Origin: Lama guanicoe
Taxonomy: Eukaryota
Assembly: GCA_013239625.1 (NCBI GenBank)
Contig: MU053559.1
Span: 3,536,607-3,600,606, forward strand
Direction of reading: 5' to 3'
DNA length: 64,000 nt
Positions 36,873 through 50,559 of the stretch are shown one piece after another. The first letter of the stretch is position 1; each line of letters opens with the position of its first letter. The position numbers and the translations under genes were made by a program. The notes under the pieces were generated by a model. The model did no database searches. It was not told where the DNA came from and saw nothing but the letters and a program-made list of their open reading frames with translations.

Positions 36873-39414
36873 AGGCACATAACTGTTTCTTAGAGAAGTT
36901 TGAGAACCACATGCAGCTAAAGGAAGCTTCAAGAGTCAGATGAAGGTAAAAAGATAAGCAGCACGATATTTTTTGCCTCCAGCTTTTGACAGTGTTTTGG
37001 AAGAGGAAATTGATTTATTTTCATAATATCCTTGCACACACATATGAACCAAAACCAGAGCAATTTGTCACAAGAGTTACACATACGGATCCATGCCTAT
37101 CAATCTATTAACATTTATCAGTCCATCTCTGTCGTATGCTAGTAGCTTTTGTAGACAGATTAAATAACTGGATGGCAGAACTATAGGAGATAGCCGAGAA
37201 TTTGCACATAAAAACCCTCGGATATTAAATTTTGACAAAACTTGTGTTAAAGTCAGTGAGACTCTGCTTTTCTTGATAACATGAGTATCAACATCTTGTC
37301 ATTAACTCGTCTCACTCTCCCATCAGAATGCACTTAACCGAAAATTAAATAAGGGCTGTTTGGAGGGTTGTTTTTTTTTTTTTAAGACTATCAAGAAAAT
37401 ATCTTCTGTGTGGTGAGAAAAGGAAAGATTTTCTTTTTAACCCCCAGGGAGAAGATGTTTCAGCAATTAGTACTGTAATTCCTCCACCTCGTAATTCCAG
37501 GCTGCCAAACTGTGGAAAACAGAATGCCTTTTGGAAAGAAGACTGCATCATTGTGTTTGTCTGCAAATGGCTTGTTCTTAATCATTCTTTGTGTCTGTTT
37601 GGAACAAGTTCACGTAAACAAAGGAACAACATGTGCCTAGAAGGCCCAAAATAACAATATATTTTTGGTTGGTTGGTTGATTTCTTAAATCAACATTTGT
37701 CGAGATTTATGTGAGAAAATAAGAAATTGTGATTCCCTTCCTTGTGTGAAAGAACTGAAGCCGAAAGTTACATAAAGTCATCCAATGAATTATCATTGAA
37801 TCTAAATTTTGTGCACAGAATTTCCTGGCACCCAAACCTCACTCCAACTGCATCTTCACTCTCTCATGAACATTCCAAAAGTTAAAAGTGCAAAGATATT
37901 TTTACTATCACTTATAACTGCTTAGACTTCTATGGACACTTTTGTTATGAAAATCTATGATTCATATGATTATCACAAACTTTTACTCTTTGATTAAGCT
38001 ACAGATTAAATTTACTTTGCTTCCTCTGCTGGGTACCACCTTGTTCATGATCAATTCATTTCTGATAAATTATCAGCAAGCGTTTTGCTGTTCTAATGGA
38101 CTCAGGGTATTTGAGATCACTAGATATATTTCATATACCATTTCAGTCTCAATTTTAATTTAAATGATCTCCAAAAAAAAGTCAGAAATATAACATCTTA
38201 GCCATAAGAGACTTACCCCAGAAGCTTTTTCTCTGTCTGAAAAGAAAAAAAAAAAGACCCCCTTCAAGGCTTACATCATCTGTCACTGGAGAGTTACCGT
38301 GAGATACATGTTGCATCTAAGTTATAAAGAAATTATTTGATGACAAAGGAGGACTTATAATTTACATATAAAAATTCATCTGCAACACCTCACAAAAGCA
38401 ACTTGCTTCTTCAGGCCCCTGGTGTTTTTTTGCTAAAATACTGGTAAAATGGAGAATAATATGTCCAGACATTTTTACAGAGTCTGGGACATGTAAACAG
38501 GGAGGTTAAACCATAATAACTCTCTCTGTAAAAGATTTTCAAGCTAAAACAAGTATCTCTGAGTACACAACTAATCCTCCTTTTTGTCTCAGTTCATCAT
38601 TATCTTTGGGAAAGAGAGCAAACAATAAAGCAAGAAATTAGTTAAACTGTAATCGCCATCTTAAAAAACAAATATATCCTGATTCGAGTCAGAGGCGCAA
38701 ATCTTATCTCTGAGGTAAAAGTGGGCAGGTATCCAGTTAATTGGTGAAAAAGAAAGGTCCGAAAGTGACCTGCTTTCACAATCGGCACACACATATTTGC
38801 AGGTGGAAGCTGTTTGCGTTCGCACAGCTGACACAGGCTTCTCTGTTCTAGACGTGACATGTCATTGCAGATCAAAATAAATATCTAGCTATATTTCAGT
38901 TGATGTGATTTATTATATAAAAGTCTGATAAGGGTGTCTTGCAATTTCATATTCATTGAACCATGAAACTCCTATTCTTCCACTTGCAACATCAGCATAA
39001 ATTGTACATTTATTATGTAATAAAATACAATGATTGAGAAAGTGGGAGTGAAAGGAAAGCTTAAAGGGAGAGAAAAGCATTTAGATCAGCGTTAAAATCT
39101 CTGTGAACAAAGGGAAATTTACCTAAACCCAAAGACAAGTTGACTCCCGTCGGTGGCATTCTCCCGATTTTGTCTGTCAGTTTTAATCAACTTCATTACC
39201 GTCTTCTACTTTTTTTAGGATTTAGGATTAGGATTTTTTAGGATGAATCCCTTTGTTGATTCATCTTTCCACTTCTTTCCTTTTCTCCTATTCCTTCACT
39301 CATACAAACTTTCCCCACGAGAAGGACACGAATGGTCAGGGCCAGATCTAATCAGCAAGAAGAATCAGTGCAAATAACTAGTTAGTTGCTTTCGTAAAAG
39401 GAACAAAATTGCCA

Positions 39415-39812
39415 TGTATGTTAGTTTGTTCAGATCTCCAGAGCAAAATCCCACACAGGCTGGGTGACTTAAATAGCAGAAACTTACTGACTCACAGTTC
39501 TGGAAGCTGGATGACCAAGATCAAGGCGTTGACAGGTTTGGTTTCTTCTGAGACCTCTCTTTGGCTTACAGGTGCCATCTTCTTGCTGTGTCCCCACCTA
39601 ATTGTCCCTTTGTCTGTGTTGTCTGTGTTCTAACTTCCTCTTTTTATAAGGACACCAGTCGTCTTAGATTCTGGCTTACTCTAATGATCCCATTTTAACT
39701 GATTTACCTCTTTAAAGACCTTATCTCCAAATACTGTTCCATTCTCAGGTACTGCAGGTTAGGACTCCAAAAGACAAATTGTGGAGGGGGCCATGGTTCA
39801 GCCCGTGACGTC
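39415..39812 (-). mobile_element. MLT1A-like solo LTR
   Basis: ccacacaggctgggtgacttaaa...ctcacagttctggaagctgg...tataaggacaccagtc...aaagaccttatctccaaatac...gttcagcccgtgac. Confidence 0.85.
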
Positions 39813-40244
39813 ACACTACGGTAAGTCGCTGTCTCTCTGTAGAACAAGGTGAACAGAAGACTTGGTGCCTGAACTACTTCTTCTTTAGCAATGCCCCCAT
39901 CACCGTTGTAGCCATCTTCCTCCTTTCTCACCTCCTTATCTTGAAATACAGCATCAGGGAAGGTGAGACTGGGGACTAGAAGCTAGATCAGGCTTCACTG
40001 TACCTTGGGGAGACTCCTTCAGCTCATTGGGTCTTGGTTTACCTCTCTGTGAAGTATTGGTGGAAAAGAAGATATTCACGATTTTGCCTATGCCTGAAAT
40101 TTCACAATTTTATTATATTTACCAGCATACCCATAGGGAAAGTAAGGAAGATTGGAGGTTATTCCAGGATGATTCCTGTTGCTCCCAAGTCACTCCTTTG
40201 CTCACTCGTTAGGCTATTAAATTGTGCTCTTAGAAGCTCCTTCT

Positions 40245-40710
40245 TGCTGAGTGAAACAAGCCAGATGCAGAAAAATTCTGCACCATCTCACTTATATGTA
40301 GACTCTGAATTAGTCAAACATGTAGAAGCAGAGACCAGAATGGTGGTTGCCCAGGGCTTGGTGAAGGGAGAAATGGGGAAGTGTTGGGCAAATGGTACAA
40401 AGTTTCAGCTACAGAAAATAAATTCTGTAGATCTATTTCACAACACAGATACTATGATGAATGATACTGTATTGTATACTTAAAATGTTTCTAAGAAGGT
40501 AGACCTTCTATTAAAAGCTCTTATGACAAAAGGAAATAGAAAACAAAGGATGCAGGAGGAAACTTTCGGAGGTGATGCATAACTTTATAGCATTAACAGT
40601 GATGATGGTTTCCGAGGTGTGTACTTTTTTCCAAACAGATTAAACTGTAGACATTAAATATCTACAGCTTTTGTATATTAATCAGACCTCAGTAAAGTGA
40701 TTTTTTTTTA
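40245..40710 (+). mobile_element. Old L1 (L1MB/MC) 3' end
   Basis: gctgagtgaaacaagccaga...agaatggtggttgcccagggc...tactgtattgtatactt...gacctcagtaaagtg. Confidence 0.8.
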
Positions 40711-41469
40711 AAATGCCTTCTTTGTGTGAAGATCTTGCCCCTCTAAGCATCTGGTTAAACATATTACTTTTTGGAGGAGCAAGTATGTAAATAATAATGT
40801 GCAACAATGCATCTCGGGATTGGTTTGCTATTTTCCCAAGGGTGTAACTGATGGTGTGATTTCAGTATGTATCCTTTCCATCAGTCTACCAGAAACGTCT
40901 ATTTATCCCTTACTCTACAAAATATTACTACTAACTGTTATAATAATAGCTACAATTTATTGAATTCTTACTAAGTGATTGGTTTCTGTAGCTACTATTT
41001 TTTTTTAACACTTAGCAGTTCTAGGAAGTGGGCTTCTTTATCTTCATTTTGCAGGTAAAAAATCCTGAGACTCAGAAAGATTTACTAGCTTTTCCAGCTG
41101 GACACAGCTAGTAAATTTAAATTATGGTCTACTTGATAGCACTTCATCTCTCTCTAATGCCGCGTTATCGCAGAACTGATTTTGGCAAAGATCTGAAATC
41201 AAGTAGGACATGATGAAAACCAGGAGGCAAGAACTCTCCATCCTTGGAAGTAGATTACTGTCCAAACATTTTATCACTAATGAGGTTTTAGCATCAGCTC
41301 CAGAGGATGAAGGAAACATTGGCAACATTGACAATAACGATGATTTCTAGATCAGGAAATTTAAAGATCTTCAAACTTTATCTGTAAGGCTACCCAGAGG
41401 ACACCAAGCCTGTAATCATGTTAAAAGAGACCTGGTATGACATTTTTAACTCATCTTGAGGACTGGCAT

Positions 41470-42750
41470 TTTTTAGTGTTAATTTTTTGCTGATTATAAA
41501 ATAATGTATGTTCCTTGTTGAAAATTTGGAAAATACAGAGAAGTGCGAGGAAGAAAATATAGTAGTCTATATTTCTATTTTCAGTAATAATAATGTATTT
41601 GTGAATATCCTTCTAGTCATTAGTTCCATGAAATTTTCACCTGGTTGAGTACTTACTATATATTTGATTTTGTTTCTGTTTTTTAAATTTAATAACTATA
41701 TTTTGTCTCTAAATCCTTTGTGAACATTATTAATGATGCAATAGCATTTTATTATTTAGATGTATCGTTTATTGAATCAATATCAGATTGTTTCCATTTT
41801 TTAATAGTTTGAACTTTTTCAGGTACAAATAAATGTTTGCATTTAGAATTATTCTTGCTCAGGATAAGTTCCCAACAGTGGAATTACAGAATCAGAAGAG
41901 AGGGACACTTTTAAGACTGCTGATAAATATTGCCAAATTGCTTTCACAAAGAGAATGCTTATTTGTATTTCCAGTGGCAATATAGATAAACACTCATTTC
42001 ATTTCCCCTCCCTCGCCAACTTTGGGTTTCATCTTCTCTTAATCTCCTTAATTTGATAGGTAAAAAGAGATCCTAATTGTTACTTTTATTTTGCAGTTAT
42101 GTGATCGCTACCATTTTCAGTAGTTTATTAAAAGCTTACTTAGTAATTGAATTTAGACTTTTGAGGAATATATACGCATAACATGGACTCATGTATATTT
42201 TGAGATTATCTTTATATCTGTGTTAATTTGCATTTTACTTTAATTTACAAAAATGTATTAACATGTTGTGTGCAAATGTTTATTGAAAATAATTTTCTCA
42301 ACTTTTCTCATTTGTATAATAATTCTAGACATGCAGTTTTTTATTTCTATCAATCAGATCTGTGTTTCCTAACACAGTTTTAAATTTAAACCTAGAAATT
42401 CTATGCATGGAGAGATTAAATAAATAATCATGTCTATTTTTTGAATTCACTTTTTGTATTTTTTTGTATTTGTTTGGTTTTGATTTGCACTTATTCTCTG
42501 TTCCAGTTGAATTTTATTTCAAGTATTTTGTGTGAAGATACAATTTGATTTAGTTCCCAGATAGCTAAGTAATCGTCCAGCTCATTTGACTGATTAATTC
42601 CTCCTTTTGGCCACTGATTTATGGTGCCAATCTTATTGCACATTACATGACTACCTGTCAATGATATACAGCTTTATTGATCTGTTAAGGAATTCTTGCA
42701 TCAGCAAAAAAAGTTTTACTAATTAAACCTTTATGATGTGTATTAAAATT
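41470..42750 (-). mobile_element. Degraded L1ME-type fragments
   Basis: gaaaatttggaaaatacagagaag, ggaattacagaatcagaag, aaatattgccaaattgctttc; AT-rich. Confidence 0.55.
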
Positions 42751-43039
42751 ATTATTTTGGACTTCTGCTTTCCTTCAAAATGGAATAAAAAAAGATCTAA
42801 AACAATTTTTAATGGGAAACATTTATGAAAGAATGGTTTTCAAATATTGGACATCAGGCAGTGGAGGACAGTGATCCCTGAGAGAGGACAAACAAACGAG
42901 TTGAGCAAGTTGAGTTTGCTGCTCAAAGAGCATTTTCTGGCAGCAATACAAGGAGAGAGAACCTGATGAAGCTTAGCGATCTGCCTGAGTTGAGTTTTCA
43001 GGACCAAGTACTGAAGAAGAGAGTGTCCAATGAGAATTC

Positions 43040-43565
43040 TTTATCTCATCCCCTCTCTGTCCTTTGCATTCCAGGCTGGCTGAGTTTCTGCTGGTATAAA
43101 ACTATCTAGTCTGTCACCTAGAAAGAGGGTCCTCCACCGACCTTTCCTGGAGAACGACATCTTTAGCCCTGGTTTCTGCTGAGATGCTTGATTGGTTTCA
43201 CGAGTTCCACATCTCATCTCTTTAGCCAACATTGTCCGGCCACACTTTTGGCCTTGTTTTCAGAGCATGCTATCTGGATAGGCTGAGAAACTTCCAAACT
43301 ATCAAGTGCCGATTCTTTTTTACATAACGATTTCTTCCTCAGTTTATGTTTTCCCTCTCACATGTTACTATAAACAGCAAGGAGAAACCATGCTGCAGCT
43401 GCACACTTTGCTTGGAAGTTTTTCAGATGAATATCCAGGTTCATCACTTCCAAGTTTTACCTTCCACCCAACAGAAGAACACGTTTCCGCTGAATTGTCT
43501 GCCACTTTATAACAAGGATCACCTTTCCTCAGTGTCCAATAATATGCTTCTCATTTCCTTCTGAG
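43040..43565 (-). mobile_element. MaLR internal (MLT-int-like) fragment
   Basis: gagaaacttccaaactatcaag...ccactttataacaaggatcacctttcctcagtgtccaataa...ctcatttccttctgag. Confidence 0.5.
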
Positions 43566-45335
43566 GAAAGAGGTAGAACACTAGGAACAAATGGAATCAA
43601 AGAGGGGCTGGTTGATTACATTATGTTCATCAACGACAGACTATTATTCAATGATTAAAAAAGAAGGTACCACTTGATTTGGAGGGATTTTTATAAGAAC
43701 ATTAAAGTGAAAGAAGATACAAAAGTAAGTACGTAATAGGATTCATTTAATAAAAATGAACTATGAAAAACACCCAAATGTGTATATGTGTATGTATGAT
43801 AATGTAACTTTGGTGGGTAATAAGGAAGGATACTGACTAAGTAGTCAACATGGCGTGTGTGATTGCACTAGTGTGTGTGTGTGTGTCTGTAGGAGGAGGA
43901 GTGATTGTGGGTGAGAGTGGAGTAAGGAGGTGGATGGAGAAGCCAAGCAAAAATGGAAGAGAGAACCAAAAAAATTGCATTATTGGAAATATATGTATAT
44001 GAAAACATGTATGAATTCACATAAAAATTTTAAAATCTATTTTAAAAAGAATGTTATAAATAACAAAGTTCTGTGTGCTTCATATCCATACTTAAAACAC
44101 CGTTGGAATTTGAAGTTGACTCTTACAGATGTCTTTTGTTTTGAGAGCCTTGAGCTAAATAAAGAAAGCATTGTTTTCCTCTAGGAAGGATTTCAGGATC
44201 ATGTAGTTCATAACTTCTGATCTTACTGCCAAGAAAATATCACAACCTCAATCTCTGAAATCTATCCTTTGTTTTCTGTCTACATACACGCAACCACTCT
44301 CCATTGCTTTGTCTCAGACATAGCTGTCCGGCCAACTTATTTAAAAGATGTTTGTTGTTATGATCAGAATTCGATATTTTATGATTCTTACTGAAGCAAC
44401 AGGAGGATTATACAATAAAATTTGCCCCAGATAAAAATTTTCATTGCTTTGGATGCTTTGGGTCTGAGCAATTACATTGAAACATCAAATAAACAAGCTG
44501 TGTTTTTCCCCTAGAATTTAAATAACACCTGCTTTTTCTCAGAAGAGTTGGATCAGGCCCTGTCTTGTCCTATTTTACGATAAAGAGGTCATAGATGTGA
44601 AGCTCCTTGGGCACTGACGTAATTCACGATGACTTAAAGGGCACCAGCTAAATGAAAGGTGGTGTCTTGAATGAACAGACTGGTTGAATAGCATAGGAAA
44701 AATACAGGAAGCATTTCGGTCTGAAGCACACAAGACAGTGTTCAAGCTGCTCCTCTCTACCCCTCAAAATCAAGTGACCAAGCAAACAAAATCAGAAGGC
44801 CTCTTTAGGGGAAGTGAGATTCTCTGGGGGCGCTTAAAGGAATAGAGGGACTATTTGCTATTGTTTTTATATGGAAATGAGAGGAGAATGTAGCCAAGGA
44901 AGATACAAAGATAAGTCAGGGACACTTTTAAAAAATCTAACAACTCTGGAAACTTGTTGCTATCTGAAACTAATATATATTCGAATCTCAGCATCTAATA
45001 GTTTTACAGAAAGTTAACCTCAAACTTAACTCTTTATATCTCTCCATCCTGAATTCTGATCATACTGCCATGGATACCTACACTGCAAAATCTAAATATG
45101 TGGGGACTTCACTACTCAAAATATTCATTTTGTAAATTTATCTGTCTCTAAGATAAAACTTTAATGAGTCTGGATCGTGTGCGTAAATGAACTGTGGAAC
45201 TACATGTATGTGCTTCCTCGTGAGACATTTTGGCTTGTCTTTATGCTACCAAGTGCACTTAGGGTCAGAAAGAAGATGGATGCAATAGACTCCCAAAGAA
45301 TGCTTTTCATCGGAAATGTACAGTCAAAAGCTAAC

Positions 45336-45688
45336 AAATGATGGTTACTAAAAGGGAAAGGGATGGGGGAAGGATAAATTAAGAGTTTGGGATGAACATA
45401 TACACGCTACTATATATAAAACAGATAAACAACAAGGACCAACTGTATGTCACAGGGAACTATATTCAATATCTTGTAATAACCTATAATGGAGAAGAAT
45501 CTGAAAAAATAATATGCATATATGTAGATATATAACTGAATCACTTTGCTGTATACCTGAAACTAACACAACATTGTAAATCAACTATACTTCAATGAAA
45601 AAGATATGATTCAAATTCATTAAAATGCTAATTAAATTTAATCCTAAACAAATTAAACATTCTTTATCATCAACTGTAAAAAAAAAAA
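45336..45688 (+). mobile_element. L1 3' end with extra 3' segment and second poly(A)
   Basis: L1 3'UTR to ~45602, ~75 nt of non-L1 sequence, A11 at 45678-45688, TSD aaaagctaac at 45326-45335 and 45685-45694. Confidence 0.85.
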
Positions 45689-46167
45689 GCTAACTCTTGA
45701 GTGATTTGAACCATCACTCAAAATACCCCAAATTCTGGGCATTCCAAGAAACTTATATTCCTTTTGTTTTTAATTCTGTAGAATTTTTTTGTTTGTTTTT
45801 TCTAGATCATTCTAACTAGTAGGTATTAAGTAAATTTTAGTTGGACAAACAAAACAATATATAAAACTCCCCCTTTGAGGCAGCTAGTGGTGTAACTGTG
45901 TCGGCTTTGATTCAGACCCCTCCATTCCATTCCTGGATGATGGAAATCCAGTGTCTTGACAGTCTACAGTCCTCCAAATCCCATTAGGTTGCTGAAGTTA
46001 GCAAGATCAGTCTCAAATACAAATTCTTTTCCAGCTTAAAATGATTCAGTGGCTTATCTTAATTTTTAGGACACATTTCAAATTCTTTCTCCCCGATAAA
46101 ATATGATTCTATTCCTGCCTGTCTCTCCACCTTACCATCTATCACACCCTTCAGATTCCCTTACTTT

Positions 46168-46275
46168 TTAATTATTTAATATTTTTTTTCTGTAATAGAG
46201 GTACTGAGGATTGAACCTAGGACCTCACGCATGCTAAGCATGCTCTCTACCACATGAGCTATACCCTCCATCCCC
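46168..46275 (-). mobile_element. tRNA-Ala-derived SINE (Vic-1-like)
   Basis: Antisense head; TSD cagattcccttacttt/cagattctcttacttt. Confidence 0.92.
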
Positions 46276-46677
46276 CAGATTCTCTTACTTTTGGAAACAT
46301 TAGGACATCCTGGAGTTCGTACTGCCTCCATGGAGCTACTAAACCCTTCTCACACAATACTGAGTCTTCCAAAAACACTCTATTCATTTAGTAAACTCCT
46401 ACTTCTTCAAAATGAATTTTTGTCTGTAACATCTTCTAGACAGCCTTCCTAGTTAAGACTTAGTTTTCAAGTAACGGATACCATTTAGAGCTAGGTTAAG
46501 AGAGAGGGGATTTTTAATAAGGGTCCAGAAAGGGGTTGGAAACAGAAACTTAGGAGTCATTAAAACCTCTAGAAGTTCCAGCATCTTCTCACTTCTCACT
46601 GTGTATCTTTCCTACTTCCTCTTTGCCAGTTACATTTTCCGTCTTTTTATTCACCGTGGAGCTGGAAATATAATTTC

Positions 46678-46820
46678 GAAGTCTCAGTTTCTCACCTGTA
46701 AAGTTGGATAATAATAATAGTTAACTCAAAGTGATGTTGTAAAATTTAAAGGAAAGGATGCTTATAAAGGGCTTAGCTCATTCCTTGGCACACAATAAAT
46801 ATGAGTTATTCTATTATTTA
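46678..46820 (+). mobile_element. MIR SINE
   Basis: gtctcagtttctcacctgtaaagttggataataatag...cctt ggcacacaataaat. Confidence 0.7.
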
Positions 46821-47664
46821 GACAAATGGATCATTAGAACACTAAGGTTCTGGATACACTGTAGTCAATTCCAAAGACATTATAAGAATTCAGTACTAAA
46901 TTAAGCAACCCTCAAAAGCAAAGTGAGCAATGCACTTTACCAGAAGCAATGCATTTTGGGAACATAATACAAAACTAAATTAATTTATTTTAGAGTTGGA
47001 ATCATGTTCCCATTTTTCCAAAAAGAAGACAAGTAGGTTCTAGAAACCAGGGAAAAATGAGCTTGATGGAATTGCTCTGCAAAATTCTAAAACAGGTATC
47101 AGAGGGATGTTTTAGGGGACACACATAGAAGTTGCGGCCACTGTTGAAATGAGTTTACCAATAAACAAGCCAAATCTTGTTTCCTTTGATGGTTAGCGTT
47201 GATGAAACCAATAGGTAAGGAATTTCATATGCTTTAAGGGAATCTTAAATTCAGCTAGGTATTTGACAGATAATTTTATCACATCTTTTTGGACAAAATT
47301 GTTGGATTAGTAGCGATTTGAACAGTTTTACCCAAAGGATAATGAACTGATAGGAACCAGCTGTGCCCAGCAGTGAGCTCAAGGGCCCTGCGATTAGCCA
47401 AGCTTTGCTCAATGAATCCCTACACCAACACTCAAAGGTAGATAGTATTTTTACAATGAGAATGGAAGCACAGCAAAGGTAAGAATCTTGTGCAAAGCCT
47501 CACAGCTGTAACTCAGAAAACCTTCCCGGAGAAATCCAGCTCTATCAGACAACGTAATGCAACCTTGGGCAAATTAATCAACTGCTGCAAAATTCAATTT
47601 CCTCATTGGTGAATTGGGGATAATAATGCTTACCTACAAGGATGTTATAGTGATGAGGTTGCTT

Positions 47665-48000
47665 TTTTATTCATTCATTTAACAAATGCCAAGCATTGTG
47701 CAACATGCTGGAAATATTCTATGGGGGGGAGGGGTGAAGGGTTGGAGACAAGTGGAGGAGGAAGGGAGACATATAACAACAAATAAACAAACAAATAAAT
47801 AGCATTTGCAAGTTGTATTAGGACAATGAAGCAAAAGTACAGGTGCTGGGAGAAAGAGAAACAGGTGGAAAATAAATTATCAAAGTATGGGAACCGTGCT
47901 TTGGTCAGCAAATCATCACAGAGGAGAGATTTTAAGCAAAACCTTTAAGAAGAGGAGAGGGATTTGGGTAGGGGAAGAGAGGAAGGCATTCTTAGGCAAG
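47665..48000 (-). mobile_element. L2 3' end
   Basis: ttattcattcatttaacaaatg...tgccaagcattgtgc...gggagacatataacaacaaataaa. Confidence 0.6.
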
Positions 48001-49743
48001 AAGGAAAGTATTAGAAGTATTAGAAGAAAAGGTTCTTATGCCAGATTATGAGAATGATATTAATATTTATTCTGTTCCTAGTATTACAGTTTATGAGTAG
48101 ATATTCATGCTTGCCCTCTTTAAGTTAAAACATAGGCATCATGTACCTTTAAAGATTATTAAGCAAAATTATAAGGAAATGTCCTAAGAAGATAATCGTG
48201 TTATTATAGGGCAACTAGAGACTTTGTAGATTAAAAATAAGGACAATGCATCCTGAAGAGCGGACAGGGAGATTAAGTAAAATGGATATTGGAAATTCAG
48301 TGGGAATTGGCCAAGAAGGAACTCTAGACTGAAATTCCTTGAAATTGAATACACTTTGCCCTAGGTGAGATTTATGGCCTGCATGCTTGTGGTTTTGCTT
48401 TCTCAGTAAACTACATCTAAGGCAGAGCATAAGGACAGCAGAGAGAATGAGTGTAAGCTGAGTCTTTGGCAAAGGAAGCCATTTAAGGTGTAGGACACGT
48501 GAGGTATTAATGCCTGGTTTCAGGGCAGAGGTCCTGGGATCTCAGTGGGTGTACTGTGGACAGTAGTAAAATTAGGTCATGGTTGGAAGTGAATGACATT
48601 ATCACGAATCAGTAATTAAAAGCCATTTTCTCTACCTTTTTTTTTCTTTAAAAGAAATGTAATCCTAAAGTGTGTAGGGATGTAGGACAATGCAGATAGT
48701 AGTTTTCCCTTCAGTCTGAAAGCAGGCAGGACCATTCTACAATGTCATGTCCATTCTGTTCTCTCTAATGTAGGGCAGATCTGAAGACCTAATAGTTCAA
48801 AGGAGAGTCAATTTGCCCAGAAGGAAAAAACTCCATTAAAACACTGTTTTTAATTTTTGCCTGAGAATGAGATGACATAGGGGTCAACTTAATAGTGTTT
48901 TAATAGACAAAGCACAGGTTGACCCAAGTAAGGCTTATTTTTCCTTTTCATTGAAAGAAGAACCAAAGCAAGGACTTGAACAGAATGAAGAACTTAGATA
49001 AGATGGAAGGAAAGAAGGACTTTTTTGATAATAAGGATCTAATAAACACTCGAATGGATTACTCAGTGACCTTGGAAATCTTCCATCCAAGTCTTCGGTA
49101 GACAATTCCAAGAGTGCTGGGCTGGGGATCAAAAGACCTTTAACCCTTAGTCACAAATTCGTTCTATGACCTTGGACAAGTTACTTAGCCTCTGTGTGTT
49201 CTAACTTCTTTATCTGTAAAATGACAGCTTTGGACTCATAAAGGACACTTTTGATTCTTAGCTAGAGTCTCATCTTGCTAGAATGATTCCCATTTTAAGT
49301 CAAGGAAATGGACCAGATTTTCCTGCTAGGCTAGCTAATGGCTTATCTCTTAAATAATGCTTTTTCTCCTAAAGTACTAATTACTTCACATTTTCTTATC
49401 ATTTTTTGAGCCCTCTGAGATAGAAACATGCAAGATATCTTTTTTTTAATGTTTCATGTCAAACATGTATTTTCACTGAAAGGTCAAACTTCTATGTTCT
49501 TTGAACTTTGATGCTTTGCAGGGTGCTATATGATTTCTTGGGGCTCTTTGTAACTGCCCTTTACATTCCCCCAGTACCAGGGATAATATCACAAAAATGT
49601 ACTATATTCTGCGCTGGAGGCAAAGATGTGAGCCCAGAGGTGCCCAGAAGATATTCAAGCCAACCCCAGGGTTCAGGGAAGGCTTCCTGGAAGACAGGAC
49701 ATTTGAGATGCATTCCAAAGAATGAGTAAGAAAGCATTCTAAT

Positions 49744-50089
49744 TAGGGGGGCCAGATACGACAAAGACACACAGTTAAATTTAAATTTCACCCAGACCCC
49801 TTTTTAGAATAATGTTTAGTGTAAATATGTTCCCAATATTGTCTGGGACACATTTACACTAAAAAAAGTATTTATTGTTCATTTAAAATTTAGATTTAAG
49901 GGGAGGGTATAGCTCAAGTGGTAGAGCACATGCTTAGCATGCATGAGGTCCTGGGTTCAATCCCCAGTGCCTCCTCTAACAACAGATAAATAAGTAAACC
50001 TAATTACTTCCCCCCACCAAAAAAAAAAAATTAAAATTTAGATTTAACTGGGAGTCCTATGTTTTTATTTGCTGATTCTGGCAATCTTA
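49744..50089 (+). mobile_element. MER53-like palindromic element split by a SINE
   Basis: Ends taggggggccagat / ctggcaatctta, homologous to 56428-56615, with a central palindrome at 49815-49863. Confidence 0.75.
49900..50030 (+). mobile_element. tRNA-Ala-derived SINE (Vic-1-like)
   Basis: Full head, A12 tail and perfect 17-bp TSD ttaaaatttagatttaa (49883-49899 / 50031-50047). Confidence 0.95.
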
Positions 50090-50289
50090 ATTCCAGCCTC
50101 AGCTCTAATGCTCTTCTAAGCCCCTGACATACTACGTTACTCATCTCTCCCCAGGACAGACACTGCAACAGTACCTCCCTCCTCTAACATCTTTTCCAAA
50201 TGGCCATCCACGACTAGTGTGCCTCCCACCACTGAAGTTAATTACACTCTACTTAGTGCCAATACCACCGCTTGACGTTAATCTCTGTA

Positions 50290-50450
50290 TAAAGACTTAC
50301 CACACTGTGTTGCAATTTCTTACCTAGTGTCTATCTTACTGTTAGAACATAAGCATCTGAAGGACCCTGTCTTATTCATCTTGGTATGTTCAGAGTGCCT
50401 GGAAGCAGATGAGATCTCTCCGAACATTTGTTGCCTAAATGAATATACGG
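50290..50450 (+). mobile_element. L2 3' end
   Basis: tagaacataagcatctgaagga...tgtcttattcatctt...agagtgcctgg...acatttgttgcctaaatgaat. Confidence 0.65.
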
Positions 50451-50559
50451 ATGTAGAGACGAGCAAATAGTCCATGGAGCACTGATTTCCAAACTAAGCA
50501 GAGAACAAATAGGACTGACACTTTGAACAAGACTGTTTATATATGTTTTTCTGTTTTCT

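Noticed and set aside
40034..40483. 149-aa ORF
   Set aside because: Its 3' half lies in an old L1 3' fragment; chance open frame.
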